A stretch of DNA of 64,000 nucleotides from Chrysomallon squamiferum (Eukaryota > Animalia > Mollusca): NCBI GenBank assembly GCA_012295275.1, contig CM022670.1:11036001-11100000 (forward strand), given 5' to 3'. The position numbers and the translations under genes are program-made. Positions within the stretch are counted from its first letter, which is position 1, and the number at the start of each line of letters is the position of its first letter. Shown here piece after piece: positions 63,596 to 64,000 of the stretch. Below the pieces are notes generated by a model. That model did no database searches, was not told the DNA's origin, and saw only the letters and a list, made by a program, of their open reading frames with translations.

Positions 63596-63824
63596 TTGCA
63601 TCACGTCTGCCTAACCTTCCATTTCTTAGCGCCATGCGCTCTGGATCGTACATTGTAAACGAGCCACAAGGAACTGACAACGGCATAGTGTCAGGCGCGG
63701 AGCAAGATGTACTGGTAACCAAGATGGAAGAGGAACACAGCGAACAGCCGCTACAGCAAAGTCCGCCACCGCAGTCGCCACAACCGAAGGTGAAGACCAC
63801 GGAGAAAATGCATTCTGTTTATCG
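63596..63824 (+). CDS. Second coding exon of the same gene, which continues beyond the window
   Basis: Acceptor ttgttcttttag|TT, phase 1, joins in frame as ...RMEK|IASRLPNLPFLSAMRSGSYIVNEP.... Donor CG|GTAAGA, phase 2. Confidence 0.78.
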
Positions 63825-64000
63825 GTAAGATTACATATAGGATAATTAGTTGTAACTTGTGAAACCGATAACGCGTTGGCTAATTAGTTTAACTTGGAGA
63901 TAGATAATCAAATGGACCAGGAAATATCCAGATGGGGTCATGCATTATTAGTTACTCTTTGTTGATTGATCTGATTAACATTGTTACTAACCGGAACACG

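Overview
AT-rich, microsatellite-dense animal (eukaryotic) genomic DNA with GT-AG introns. It is most likely an invertebrate such as a mollusc or other lophotrochozoan, which is an inference from composition and gene structure. The main feature is a complete plus-strand FREM1-like gene (FRAS1-related extracellular matrix protein 1). I assembled it by hand into 11 coding exons (18386-53386, 6426 nt, 2141 aa) with all intron phases consistent. The protein has a signal peptide, NV domain, 12 CSPG repeats, a Calx-beta domain, a poly-Lys linker and a C-type lectin domain, and the first coding intron is 22.9 kb. The first two coding exons of a second plus-strand gene with an acidic, disordered N-terminus begin at 61839 and the gene runs off the window. 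Other features are an internally deleted Tigger/pogo transposon with a decayed CENP-B-type HTH transposase fragment, a Tigger-type MITE, several minisatellites (two with higher-order structure) and CpG-rich candidate promoters. There is also a possible decayed Penelope-like element with hammerhead-like remnants. I found no convincing new multi-gene system. The most interesting leads are the skippable-looking polybasic FREM1 exon, the missing RGD loop, a three-frame uORF cluster over the FREM1 start codon and the Penelope/hammerhead-like relic. Most short ORFs in the supplied track are simple-repeat or shadow-frame artefacts.
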